From positions 320,001 through 384,000 of the forward strand of contig OZ219856.1 in the NCBI GenBank assembly GCA_964291395.2: a DNA stretch of 64,000 nt, given 5' to 3'. The notes under the pieces are model-generated. The model was not told the origin of the DNA and did not search any database. It saw nothing but the letters and a program-made list of their open reading frames with translations. This document shows positions 20,329 through 33,838 of this stretch, piece by piece (position 1 is the stretch's first letter; every line of letters begins with the position of its first letter). Both the position numbers and the translations under genes were made by a program. The stretch is from Alphaproteobacteria bacterium (GTDB lineage Bacteria; Pseudomonadota; Alphaproteobacteria; UBA2966).

Positions 20329-21993
20329 ATGACCGACTGCCTGCGCGTTGCCATCGCCCAGTTGAACCCCACCATGGGGGATCTGGCCGGGAACCTGGCG
20401 CTGGTCAGAAAGGCGCGCGCCGAGGCTGCCGCCCAACACGCCGATCTCGTCGTGACGACGGAACTGGTGATGACCGGATATCCGCCGGAGGATCTGGTCC
20501 TCAGGCAGGCGTTTCAGGACGATGCGGCCCAGGCCGTGAGGGACCTGGCGTCGGACACGGGGGACGCGGGACCCGCGATCATCGTCGGCGTTCCGTGGCG
20601 GGTCGACGGCAGGCTCCATAATGCTGCGCTCCTTCTGGCCGACGGGGATGTCGCGGCGCAAGTGAACAAGTTCGATCTCCCGAACTACGGTGTGTTCGAC
20701 GAGAAACGCGTGTTCACGCCCGGCCCGGTCCCCGTTCCGGTCGAATGGCGGGGACACAGGCTCGGAGTCATGATCTGTGAAGACATGTGGACGCCGGTTC
20801 CCGCGAAAGCCCTGACGGCGGCCGGGGCCGAACAACTCATCGTCATCAACGGGTCACCTTACGAGCACGACAAGTCCGGCGAACGGCTCGCCCTGGCGCG
20901 GGAGCGGGTGCGGGAGACCGGGCTGCCATTGATCTATGCCAACCAGGTCGGCGGTCAGGATGAGATCGTCTTCGATGGCGCGTCGTTCGTCGTCAACGCG
21001 GACGGCGCCGTCGCCACCCGGTTGTCGTCGTGGCGTGAGGCGGTCGCCGTCACCGAATGGGAAATCAACGCGTCGAGCGGATGGACGTGTGTCGCCGGAA
21101 ATGTTTGCGACGTGGCCGACGGCCTTGAAGGCGTGTATCAGGCGATGGTTACGGGTCTCCGGGACTACGTACAAAAGAATCGGTTTCCCGGTGTGGTCTT
21201 GGGCCTTTCCGGTGGGATCGATTCAGCCTTGTCGGCGGCCGTCGCCGTCGATGCGCTGGGCGCGGAAAACGTACGCTGCGTGATGATGCCGTCGGTATTC
21301 ACCTCTCGCGAGAGCCTCGACGACGCCGCCGAATGCGCGGCGCTTCTCGGTGCGCAACTCGACGATGTGCCGATCGTTCCTGCCATAGAGGCCTGCGACG
21401 GCATGCTCGCGCGGCTGTTCGAAGGGAGAGAGCCCGACATCACGGAGGAGAACGTCCAGGCACGCATGCGGGGCGTACTCCTGATGGCGGTTTCCAACAA
21501 GTTCGGGCACATGGTGCTGACGACGGGCAACAAGTCGGAGATGTCCGTGGGCTACGCGACTCTCTACGGCGATATGTGCGGCGGCTATTCGGTGCTCAAG
21601 GACGTCTACAAGACCACCGTCTTCGCGCTCTCGCGCTGGCGCAACCAGCACGTGCCCGAAGGCGCGCTTGGGCCTTCGGGTCGCGTCATTCCGGAAAACA
21701 TCATCGTCAAGCCACCGACGGCAGAGCTGCGGCTCGACCAGAAGGACGAGGACTCGCTGCCGCCCTACGACGTGCTGGACGACATCCTGCGCTGTCTCGT
21801 GGAGGAGGAGATGGCCTTCGACAAGATCGTGGCCCGGGGGCACCCCGTGGACGTCGTGGCCCGCGTCGAGAACCTCCTCTACATCGCCGAGTACAAGCGC
21901 CGCCAGGCGCCGCCAGGCGTCAAGATCACGCGCAAGAACTTCGGGCGCGACCGCCGCTACCCGATCACGAACCGCTATCGGGACGCCCGATGA
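20329..21993 (+). CDS. nadE: Glutamine-dependent NAD+ synthetase
   Basis: N-terminal nitrilase domain (ICEDMW); LGLSGGIDS, TTGNKSE, YATLYGD, PTAELR. Confidence 0.95.
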   Translation: MTDCLRVAIAQLNPTMGDLAGNLALVRKARAEAAAQHADLVVTTELVMTGYPPEDLVLRQAFQDDAAQAVRDLASDTGDAGPAIIVGVPWRVDGRLHNAALLLADGDVAAQVNKFDLPNYGVFDEKRVFTPGPVPVPVEWRGHRLGVMICEDMWTPVPAKALTAAGAEQLIVINGSPYEHDKSGERLALARERVRETGLPLIYANQVGGQDEIVFDGASFVVNADGAVATRLSSWREAVAVTEWEINASSGWTCVAGNVCDVADGLEGVYQAMVTGLRDYVQKNRFPGVVLGLSGGIDSALSAAVAVDALGAENVRCVMMPSVFTSRESLDDAAECAALLGAQLDDVPIVPAIEACDGMLARLFEGREPDITEENVQARMRGVLLMAVSNKFGHMVLTTGNKSEMSVGYATLYGDMCGGYSVLKDVYKTTVFALSRWRNQHVPEGALGPSGRVIPENIIVKPPTAELRLDQKDEDSLPPYDVLDDILRCLVEEEMAFDKIVARGHPVDVVARVENLLYIAEYKRRQAPPGVKITRKNFGRDRRYPITNRYRDAR

Positions 21994-22109
21994 GGGGACC
22001 GGGACCGTGGACCGCCGGAGCGCAATCTGATACCCCTTGTTCCCCGCGACCGGACGATTCCGACTCGTAGGGTTGATTTTGGCGTCATTTCAATAAGTTA
22101 GGTCTGATC

Positions 22110-23459
<1,350 letters not shown>

Positions 23460-23503
23460 CGCCTGCTGATCCGGCGTTCGTCCAGCACGACCTCATCTCT
23501 GTC

Positions 23504-24274
23504 ATGGCGGGAACCGATCGGACCAAAGAGGCCGTTTTGGGCGGACTTGCGATCGTTCTCGTCGAGCCTCAGATGGGCGAGAACATCGGCACTGCCGCTC
23601 GCGCCATGCTGAATTTCGGCCTGACCGACTTGCGTCTGGTGCGCCCTCGGGATCCGTGGCCCAACGAGAAGGCCCGGGCGCCGGCGTCCCGTGCCGACGT
23701 CGTCATCGACGGCGCGCGCGTCTACCGCCAGACGACGGACGCGGTGGCAGAACTCCACCACGTCTACGCCACCACGGCCCGTCCCCGCGACATGCTGAAG
23801 CCGGTACTGACGCCGCGGGCCGCGATGGAAGCCGCGCGCCGGCACGTCGCGGCGGGGGAGACCTGCGGCATTCTCTTCGGACGCGAGAGGTCCGGCCTAC
23901 ACAACGAGGATATCGCCGTTTCCGAAGCCATCGTGGCGGTCCCGGTCAATCCGGCCTTCGCCTCGCTCAATCTCGCCCAGGCCGTGCTGATCCTGGGCTA
24001 CGAGTGGTTTCTCGCCGGCGACGACACGCCGGATCGCGACTTCCGCCATGGGGCCACGCGTCTCGCCACCCATGAGGAACTGATGGGCCTGTTCGAGCAC
24101 CTGGAAACGGAGCTGGACGCCGGCGGGTTCCTGTACCCGCCGGAAAAGCGCCCGGCGATGGTGCGCAACATCCGCAACATCTTCTCCCGGACCGGCCTCA
24201 TGGAGCAGGAGGTACGCACCCTGCGGGGCATCGTCAGTGCGTTGACGAGGCCGCGGCGTCGGGGGAATTCATAG
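23504..24274 (+). CDS. trmJ: tRNA/rRNA methyltransferase, TrmJ/LasT (SPOUT) family
   Basis: LVEPQMGENIGTAARAMLNFG, FGRERSGL, SLNLAQAV; start at MAGTDRTK. Confidence 0.85.
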   Translation: MAGTDRTKEAVLGGLAIVLVEPQMGENIGTAARAMLNFGLTDLRLVRPRDPWPNEKARAPASRADVVIDGARVYRQTTDAVAELHHVYATTARPRDMLKPVLTPRAAMEAARRHVAAGETCGILFGRERSGLHNEDIAVSEAIVAVPVNPAFASLNLAQAVLILGYEWFLAGDDTPDRDFRHGATRLATHEELMGLFEHLETELDAGGFLYPPEKRPAMVRNIRNIFSRTGLMEQEVRTLRGIVSALTRPRRRGNS

Positions 24275-24370
24275 GGTGGATGCCGCCGCGGTGTGGTCGA
24301 GTCCGGGTGTTGCCCGTGCTCGGGGTGATACGGAATACTTTGGCCAAACTGACTCAGGGGGAGGCGATCG

Positions 24371-25909
24371 ATGGGCCGGAATATTCTGTTCATCACCACG
24401 GATCAGCAGCGGTACGACGCGCTCGGCTGCAATGGCGGGAAGATCGCGAAGACGCCCGTCATCGACGCGCTGGCAAAGAGGGGTATCGTCTATCGGCGGG
24501 CTCACAACCAAAGCACGGTGTGCATGCCGGCGAGAACCACGATGCTCACCGGCATGTATCCCCGCACGCACGGCGTGATCACCAACGGCCGGCGTTACTC
24601 GCACAGAAATCCCACGGTCGCTGGTTACCTCAAGAAACAGGCCAACTACCGCACGGCGCTGCTCGGCAAGGCCCATTTCGATCCCATCCTGACCACCGAG
24701 TACTGGGAGAATACGGCGGCGGCAAAGGGGACCACCGGCCCGCACCGGGGCTTCGAGCGTATCGAGTGTCTGTTCCATTCCGGCCGCGCCGGACGGAATC
24801 TCATGCATTACCCCAAGTGGCTTCGGGACAACCATCCCGAGGAAGTCGACGGCTATTTCCTGTTCGGCAACTACGCCACGAAGAGAGTAACGGTATCGAC
24901 CTATCGGGGCGGCGAGACCGGTGCCGTGCAGGTGAAGCACAACCCCATCCCGCGCGAGTTGTACCATACCGACTGGGTCGCCGACCGGACGATCGACTAT
25001 CTCGATACGGTCAAGAAGCGGGAGAACTGGTTCGTCTGGATGAGTTTCCCCGACCCGCATCACCCATGGGATCCACCGGACTCGGAACTCTATCGGTGCA
25101 ACTGGCGTGACCTGAAACTGCCCGCCGCGCACGGCGGCAGCGTCGAGAAGAATCGCGAGATCCTCGCTCGGAAGCCGCGTCACTGGCTGGAATGGTTCGA
25201 AGGGAAAAAGCAGTTCAATTTCGAGCTACCCAAGACCTTCGTTCCGGCCAGCATGACCGACGACCAGGTGCGCGAGATCGATGCCATGTGCCACATCGAG
25301 AACGAGATCATCGATGAGGCGATGGGGCGGGTGCTCGACTATGTCGACGGGCGCGGTTGGGGTGAGAATACCGACGTTATCTTCACCACCGACCACGGCG
25401 AGCTCCAGGGCGATTACGGAATGTTGTTCAAGGGGCCGGCCCACGTCGACTCTCTGATGCGCGTGCCCATGGTCTGGCGGCCGGCACCCGGCGTCAAGAT
25501 CCGGGCCAAGGAGCTCGAGACACCGGTCGGCCACGTCAATCTGGCCCCGACCTTCTGCGAGATCGCGGGTGTCCCGGTGCCCGAGTGGATGCAGGAGAAG
25601 CCTCTACCGACCACCAAGTCCGACCGCCGCGAGCGCGTGATCACGGAGTGGGAGGACGAGTACAAGGGCAATCATCTCAAGTTCGTCACGATCTACCGCG
25701 ACGGCTATATATGCACAGCCTACGAGAAGACGAGCTACTACGAAGGCACGGAAGGGGAACTCTACGACGTCAACGAGGATCCGCGGCAGTGGCGGAACCT
25801 CTGGGACGTGAAGAAGTACAAGTCGTTGAGGTCGGATCTGGTTGCCGACCTTTACGACAATCTGCCGCCGGCGCGGAAGACGGCGCTGCCGCGTTTGGAG
25901 ATGGTCTGA
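24371..25909 (+). CDS. Cys-type sulfatase-like hydrolase
   Basis: ITTDQQR, CMPAR (CxPxR), GKAH, PHHP, TDHGE. Confidence 0.9.
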   Translation: MGRNILFITTDQQRYDALGCNGGKIAKTPVIDALAKRGIVYRRAHNQSTVCMPARTTMLTGMYPRTHGVITNGRRYSHRNPTVAGYLKKQANYRTALLGKAHFDPILTTEYWENTAAAKGTTGPHRGFERIECLFHSGRAGRNLMHYPKWLRDNHPEEVDGYFLFGNYATKRVTVSTYRGGETGAVQVKHNPIPRELYHTDWVADRTIDYLDTVKKRENWFVWMSFPDPHHPWDPPDSELYRCNWRDLKLPAAHGGSVEKNREILARKPRHWLEWFEGKKQFNFELPKTFVPASMTDDQVREIDAMCHIENEIIDEAMGRVLDYVDGRGWGENTDVIFTTDHGELQGDYGMLFKGPAHVDSLMRVPMVWRPAPGVKIRAKELETPVGHVNLAPTFCEIAGVPVPEWMQEKPLPTTKSDRRERVITEWEDEYKGNHLKFVTIYRDGYICTAYEKTSYYEGTEGELYDVNEDPRQWRNLWDVKKYKSLRSDLVADLYDNLPPARKTALPRLEMV

Positions 25910-25918
25910 CGAGCTTTT

Positions 25919-26356
25919 TTAATCTCTCCCCGGTCCGGCTGCGCCGAAGCGCTCCTTGAGGGAGTCGAAACCAGCTTGATAGATTCCTTCCACCACGGCG
26001 ACGACCTCGGCTTCCGGCGCGCCCACGGGGTCAAACTCGCTCGACCAGCGGACCACGGAGGATTCCTCGTCTCCTTCCGCGACGGAGATGGTGGCCTGAT
26101 AACCCGACAGGGGCAGGGGACTGTCGGTGATCGAATAGGAATACGTCCGAGCGCCATCGTCGATGGAGTCCAGGCGTTCATGGACGACCGCGCCGTCACC
26201 CGTGGTCAGCTTGCGCATGTCGCCCACGGCATCGCCATCGGCTTCGCATGATGCGATGGGCGGCAACCACGAATCGATCGTGCTGAATTTGCCGATTGCC
26301 TCCCACACGGCGCCCGCCGGTGCGGACAGGTTCTGACTCATCGATACCTTTGCCAT
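25919..26356 (-). CDS. SRPBCC/polyketide cyclase (MxaD-like) protein
   Basis: VWEAIGKF...WLP..., ERL..ID...RTYSYSI; start at MAKVSMS. Confidence 0.8.
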   Translation of the reverse strand: MAKVSMSQNLSAPAGAVWEAIGKFSTIDSWLPPIASCEADGDAVGDMRKLTTGDGAVVHERLDSIDDGARTYSYSITDSPLPLSGYQATISVAEGDEESSVVRWSSEFDPVGAPEAEVVAVVEGIYQAGFDSLKERFGAAGPGRD

Positions 26357-26434
26357 CCGAGCCTCCCGGTTGGTTCGATCGTCGTTTATCGGGGCAAGTA
26401 TGGTGGCGGTTTGGCGACTCTTCAACGCTCCGGG

Positions 26435-27478
26435 TCAGCCGCCCAATGCCGTCTTCGTCGCCTGTCCCATGCGGTCGAGCAGGCTCTTGCCTTCGGGAAA
26501 GGCGTCTGCCATGAAGGCAAAGCCGTGGACCATCCCTTCGTACTCCGTGAATTCCACCGGGACCCCAGCCTTCTTCAGGCGTGCCGCATAGTCCCGGCCC
26601 TCGTCCCGCAACGGATCGAAGCCGGCGGTGATGATGAGCGCCGGCGGCAGGCCGGCGAGGTTCTCGCACTTGCCGGGCGAGGCACGTGCGGTCCCCGCCT
26701 CTGATTTTTCCGTGAACAGATGCTGGGCGTACCACTCGATCCGCTCGCGCGTGAGGAACAACCCGGCGGCACCGAACAACTCGAAGGATTTCGTCGCGCA
26801 ACTCCAGTCCAGCATGGGATAGATGAGCACCTGGAAAGAGATGTCCGGGTCTCCGGCGTCCCTGCATTCCTGCGTAACGACGGCCGTCAGGTTGCCCCCC
26901 GCCGAGTCTCCGCCAACCGCCAGTCGGCCGGGATCGCCACCGAAACTCGTCGCGTTCTCGGCGGCCCATTTGGTCGCCGCCAGGCAATCCTCGACGGCAG
27001 CTGGGAATTTGCCTTCCGGCGCCAGCCGGTAGTCGGGAACGACGACGATGGCGCCCGAGGCCGCCGCAAGGTGCCGGCAGGTGCCGTCGTAGGCGCCCAG
27101 GCTGCCCTGAACGAAACCCCCGCCGTGGTAGTAGACGAATACCGGCAACGGAGCATCCGAGCGTACCGGCGTGTAGAGCCGCACGGTCAGCTCGCCGGCT
27201 GGCCCGGCAATCATCCGGTCTTCGACGTTCTCCATGGGATGCGGTGGTTGCCCGAAGAGATCGATCACCCGCTCGAACTGTGTACGGGCGAGCTCAGGGC
27301 TGGTTTCCCAGATCGTCTTGGTACGCAGCGAGTTGATCGTGTCGCAAACAAGCTGCGCATTCGCGTCGAGGACGAGCCCGTCCTCATGCAAGCGCCGCCC
27401 CGCGTACAGAAGTGACGCCACCGGTAGCGGTGCCCGCGCCATCGCCACTCGGGTGTTGAACCAAGCCGTATTCGCCAT
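26435..27478 (-). CDS. Alpha/beta hydrolase, HSL/Aes esterase family
   Basis: HGGGF, GDSAGG, DPLRDEG, HGF. Confidence 0.9.
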   Translation of the reverse strand: MANTAWFNTRVAMARAPLPVASLLYAGRRLHEDGLVLDANAQLVCDTINSLRTKTIWETSPELARTQFERVIDLFGQPPHPMENVEDRMIAGPAGELTVRLYTPVRSDAPLPVFVYYHGGGFVQGSLGAYDGTCRHLAAASGAIVVVPDYRLAPEGKFPAAVEDCLAATKWAAENATSFGGDPGRLAVGGDSAGGNLTAVVTQECRDAGDPDISFQVLIYPMLDWSCATKSFELFGAAGLFLTRERIEWYAQHLFTEKSEAGTARASPGKCENLAGLPPALIITAGFDPLRDEGRDYAARLKKAGVPVEFTEYEGMVHGFAFMADAFPEGKSLLDRMGQATKTALGG

Positions 27479-27481
27479 GAA

Positions 27482-28540
27482 TCATGCCTCCCCCGGCCAT
27501 TCTGCCGCAGTCCCCGAGGTCGTACCAGGCAGGGTGCCCGCGGTCGCCGGTTTGGTCGCCGTAATGACGCTGCGGCCGTCGGGACGGGTGAACATCTCGA
27601 AGTCGGGAAAGCCGGCGTTCCGCAGCCAAGCGCGGTGTTCGCTGACCGTGTAGGCCTGTCCGCCGTCATAGATGTTGAGGAACATCAGGTTCTGGGCCAC
27701 CGTCTGCTCCGGTTCGAGGCGCGAATCCTGCAGCACGCGACTCAAGATACACATCGTTCCGCCCGCTTCGATGGTCTGTCCTACGTTGATCACGGCGTCG
27801 CGGGCGTCGTCATGCGCCAGCACCTGGAGAACGGCTCGGAATACGGCGACGTCGCAGCGGGTCGGGGGCGGACTCGCGACCACGTCGTGTGTCACCACCG
27901 CGACGCGTCCCGACAACCCGGATTCGGCGACGATGGTTTCCGTGATGGGAGCGACGGACGGCAGTTCGATCACCGTCGCCAGAAGCTCCGGACACCGTTC
28001 GCAGGCTGCGATGGCAAGGCCGCCGGAGCCGCCGCCGACGTCGACCAGATGGCGGCGTTCGGCAAGGTTCAGCCTGTCGACCAGCATGCGGCCGGTTTCG
28101 AGCGCGTTGGGATGCAGATCACGAAAGAACGTGTCCCGCTCCGTGCCGGACATCGCGGCGTAATCGTGCCCGGCCTGGGGCTTCCCCGTGCGAATCGACT
28201 CGGCCGTCTGCAACGCCCAGTGCCAGCGCTTCTCGAAGGCTTCACACAGGTTGCCGATGTACTCCTCTCGGCCTTTCACCAGGTAATGGTCCGACTCGGG
28301 CGTGTTCGCGAATGCACCGTCCTTCAAGGTCAGCACGCCGGCCACGACGAGCGCGTAGAGCAGGGGGCTCAGTTTTCGAGGATCGACGTCGAGGACGTCT
28401 GCGAGTTCTTCCGCGGTCTTGGGGCCGTCGCCGAGTGGCGTGAAGACGTCGAGCTTGATGCCCGCCACGAACGCGAACGCGGGATAGGGGGAGTCGACTA
28501 GTTTGTCGAAGATTTCGCGGCTCGGGTAATCCTTTTTCAT
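27482..28540 (-). CDS. SAM-dependent O-methyltransferase (family 2, with dimerisation domain)
   Basis: N-terminal winged helix, LVDVGGGSG, IELP; start at MKKDYPS. Confidence 0.85.
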   Translation of the reverse strand: MKKDYPSREIFDKLVDSPYPAFAFVAGIKLDVFTPLGDGPKTAEELADVLDVDPRKLSPLLYALVVAGVLTLKDGAFANTPESDHYLVKGREEYIGNLCEAFEKRWHWALQTAESIRTGKPQAGHDYAAMSGTERDTFFRDLHPNALETGRMLVDRLNLAERRHLVDVGGGSGGLAIAACERCPELLATVIELPSVAPITETIVAESGLSGRVAVVTHDVVASPPPTRCDVAVFRAVLQVLAHDDARDAVINVGQTIEAGGTMCILSRVLQDSRLEPEQTVAQNLMFLNIYDGGQAYTVSEHRAWLRNAGFPDFEMFTRPDGRSVITATKPATAGTLPGTTSGTAAEWPGEA

Positions 28541-28548
28541 CTTGAACT

Positions 28549-28584
28549 TCCCCCCTCCGTTGAAGGGGGGAGGTCGGGAGGGGG
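28549..28584. repeat. C/G-run palindromic element
   Basis: TCCCCCCT-CCGTTGA-AGGGGGGA hairpin followed by a second GGGAGGGGG arm. Confidence 0.45.
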
Positions 28585-28611
28585 TATGCCCGGAGGTTGC
28601 AATTGCGGGTC

Positions 28612-28974
28612 CTAATCGTCTCCGTTCTCTGCGCGCTTTGCGAAGAAGTCTATGTTGAGGTCTGCGCTCGGACCCAGCCAGGCGACGTGGTCCGTATGAT
28701 CCGCGAGATCGTCGCCGGTGTTGGGATGAAGGAAAACGGTCAGCCCGTCGCGGTTGACCATGAGCCACGGGACGAGTTCGTCCAGCACCGGCGGCTCGAA
28801 CGCGATCTGATAGCTCCAGCAGGGATGAGGGCCCACCGGTTTCTCGTGCCACCGCCCCATCTTGACGTCGAAGCGTGCCTGGACCGCCTCGCGCACGCGC
28901 CGGGCTTCCTCGCGGGTGTCTGCGTCGAAGTAGACGTGCGCGTGGTAGCTCCGGATGTCCGAGGGTTCGCCCAT
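28612..28974 (-). CDS. DOPA 4,5-dioxygenase family protein
   Basis: YHAHVYF, PVGPHP..SYQ, LMVNRDGLTVFLHP.TG...DH. Confidence 0.85.
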   Translation of the reverse strand: MGEPSDIRSYHAHVYFDADTREEARRVREAVQARFDVKMGRWHEKPVGPHPCWSYQIAFEPPVLDELVPWLMVNRDGLTVFLHPNTGDDLADHTDHVAWLGPSADLNIDFFAKRAENGDD

Positions 28975-28982
28975 GGGCGATC

Positions 28983-29330
28983 TCAGGCGGTGGCTGACTC
29001 TGGCGTAGAAATACCCTGGTCGGCAAAAATTTGCTTCAGCTCGCCGTTCTCGTACATCTCGCGGATGATATCGCAGCCGCCGACGAACTCACCCTTCACG
29101 TAGAGCTGTGGGATAGTCGGCCAGTCGGAGAACGCCTTGATCCCTTCGCGGATCTGCGGATCGGCCAGCACGTCGACGCCCTTGAACTGGACGCCCAGCA
29201 GGGTCAGGACCTGCACCACGGCGGCGGAAAATCCGCACTGCGGGAACACGGGCGTGCCCTTCATGAACAGGACGACGGGCTGATCGTCGATTTCCTGCCG
29301 AATGCGGTCGAAGACCGGATTGTCACTCAT
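28983..29330 (-). CDS. grxD: Monothiol glutaredoxin Grx4
   Basis: FMKGT..FPQCGFS, WPTIPQLY, GGCD. Confidence 0.95.
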   Translation of the reverse strand: MSDNPVFDRIRQEIDDQPVVLFMKGTPVFPQCGFSAAVVQVLTLLGVQFKGVDVLADPQIREGIKAFSDWPTIPQLYVKGEFVGGCDIIREMYENGELKQIFADQGISTPESATA

Positions 29331-29387
29331 GTCGTCTTCCTTCCGTTCATGTCGCTTCGACTCGATCGTGCGAGCCGCGCGACGCGG

Positions 29388-29630
29388 TTAGTCCACATCC
29401 TCGGGAACGCTGGTCTGCAATGCCAAGGCGTGCAGCGCGTCCCCCATGCGGCCTTGGAGCGCCTTGTACACCATCTGGTGCTGCTGAACACGGCTTTTCC
29501 CTGCGAATTCCCTCGAAACGACCATCGCGGCGTAGTGGTCGCCATCGCCCCGCAGATCCTCGATCATGACCTGGGCATCCGGCATCGCTTCCTTGATCAA
29601 GCGCTCGATGTCACCTGCCTGCATTGGCAT
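29388..29630 (-). CDS. BolA family protein
   Basis: GDGDHY, F.GKSRVQQHQMVY, LHALAL; next to grxD. Confidence 0.92.
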   Translation of the reverse strand: MPMQAGDIERLIKEAMPDAQVMIEDLRGDGDHYAAMVVSREFAGKSRVQQHQMVYKALQGRMGDALHALALQTSVPEDVD

Positions 29631-29677
29631 GGTCGCCCCTCCTTCTCAACCCGGCTTCCGGCGGCAACGAGCGGAGT

Positions 29678-31917
<2,240 letters not shown>

Positions 31918-31921
<4 letters not shown>

Positions 31922-32607
31922 GCCAGACGTTCAATCAGCGACTCGAACATCGGACGTCCATCCGAACAGCCTTGCGCGCCGTCGACGTGATCTTCGGGAT
32001 GCGGCATGAGTCCGAGGACGTTGCGGGCCTCGTTGTAGACGCCGGCGATGCCGTTGATCGATCCGTTCGGATTGGTCTCATCCTCGACGTGACCCTCCGG
32101 CGTGCAATAGCGGAAGGCGACCCGCCCCTCGCTCTCGATGCGCGCCAGGGTATCCGCGTCCGAGAAGTAATTGCCGTCGTGGTGTGCCACCGGCACCCGG
32201 ATCACTTGACCCGCCGCGTAGCGGCCGGTGAACGGCGTGTCCGCGCGCTCGACCTTCAGGTGGATATCCCGGCACACGAACTTGAGGTCCCGATTGGCCA
32301 TCAGCACGCCGGGCAGGAGTCCCGCCTCGGTCAGGATCTGGAATCCGTTACAGATTCCCAGAACGGCGACGCCGGCCTCTGCGCGTGCCGACACCTCGCG
32401 CAGGATCGGCGACCGCGCCGCCATGGCGCCGGAACGAAGATAATCGCCGTAGGAAAATCCGCCGGGCAGGACGATGAGATCGACATCGGGGAGTTCGACA
32501 TCGCGATGCCAGACGATGTCGGGCCGTTGCCCACCAACGGCGATCAGCGCGTCGATGACGTCGACGTCGCGATTGGAGCCCGGAAATGTAACGACCGCCG
32601 CTCTCAT
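31918..32607 (-). CDS. purQ: FGAM synthase glutaminase subunit PurQ
   Basis: [28 protein letters not shown]; start at MRAAVV. Confidence 0.95.
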
Positions 32608-32624
32608 CCTTGCCGGAGCGCCGG

Positions 32625-32870
32625 TTACGCCTCCTCCAGTTCGATCTGATAGTCCTCGATCACGGTGTTGGCCAGAAGCCGTGCGCACATGGACTCCACG
32701 GCGGCGCGCGCCCGTTCGGCGTCCGATTCCGTGAGATCCAGTTCCAGGTACTTACCCTGCCGGACGTCGTCGATCCCATCGAATCCCAGCGATGTCAGGG
32801 CGTTGCGGACAGCCCTGCCCTGCGGATCGAGGACGCCGGATTTCAGCGTGATATGGACCCGCGCCTTCAC
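32625..32870 (-). CDS. purS: FGAM synthase subunit PurS
   Basis: [21 protein letters not shown]. Confidence 0.95.
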   Translation of the reverse strand: MKARVHITLKSGVLDPQGRAVRNALTSLGFDGIDDVRQGKYLELDLTESDAERARAAVESMCARLLANTVIEDYQIELEEA

Positions 32871-32876
32871 GCGCCG

Positions 32877-33641
32877 TTACTGCATCGCTTTCGGGCCCTG
32901 CAGATCGCGCGGGCCGCTCTCCGGAAGGATTCCAAGCCTCTGGGCGACCTCTTGGTACGCCTCGGCCACGTCGCCCATATCGCGGCGGAACCGGTCCTTG
33001 TCGAGCTTCTTGCCCGTCTTCAGGTCCCAAAGCCGGCAGCTGTCCGGGCTGATCTCATCGGCGAGGATGATCCGCTCCTCGTCGTTAAAATAATAGCGGC
33101 CGAACTCGATCTTGAAGTCGACCAGACGGATGCCGATGCCGCGGAACAGGCCGCTGAGGAAATCGTTGATCCTCAACGTCATGGACATCATTTCGTCCAG
33201 TTCCTGGGGCGTCGCCCAGCCGAACGCGGTGATGTGCTCCTCGGAGACGATGGGGTCGTCCAACTCGTCCGACTTGTAGCACCACTCGACGATCGAGCGG
33301 GAGAGCTGTGAGCCCTCCGTGATCCCGAGCCGCTTGGCCATGGAACCTGCGGCGACGTTCCGCACGATCACCTCAAGGGGGATGATCTCCACTTCCTTTA
33401 CGAGTTGTTCCCGCATGTTCAGACGGCGCACGAAATGGGTCGGGATACCCATTTCGGCGAGACCGGTCATCAGGTACTCGGAGATGCGGTTGTTCAGCAC
33501 CCCCTTTCCGGTGATCGTGCCGGTCTTTTTCTTGTTGTACGCCGTGGCATCGTCCTTGAAATACTGGACGACGGTTCCTGGTTCGGGCCCTTCAAAAAGA
33601 ACCTTCGCCTTGCCTTCGTAGATTTGTCTGCGACGGCTCAT
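32877..33641 (-). CDS. purC: SAICAR synthase
   Basis: [34 protein letters not shown]. Confidence 0.97.
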   Translation of the reverse strand: MSRRRQIYEGKAKVLFEGPEPGTVVQYFKDDATAYNKKKTGTITGKGVLNNRISEYLMTGLAEMGIPTHFVRRLNMREQLVKEVEIIPLEVIVRNVAAGSMAKRLGITEGSQLSRSIVEWCYKSDELDDPIVSEEHITAFGWATPQELDEMMSMTLRINDFLSGLFRGIGIRLVDFKIEFGRYYFNDEERIILADEISPDSCRLWDLKTGKKLDKDRFRRDMGDVAEAYQEVAQRLGILPESGPRDLQGPKAMQ

Positions 33642-33838
33642 CCTCGAATCTCATGTGAGGCGCGGAGACATCACCGGGTGTCTTTAGGCTCGACCCGGAG
33701 GCACCCGCGCGGTGCTTCGGAAAGGTACCGATTGATATAAACGAATCGCGGGGCGTAAACAACGAGAAGGGTCAATCAGGCACCCGGCTTGCCAGATTCA
33801 CTTCTTGTGTGACACGATTTTCCGAGGGAGGAACGGCC

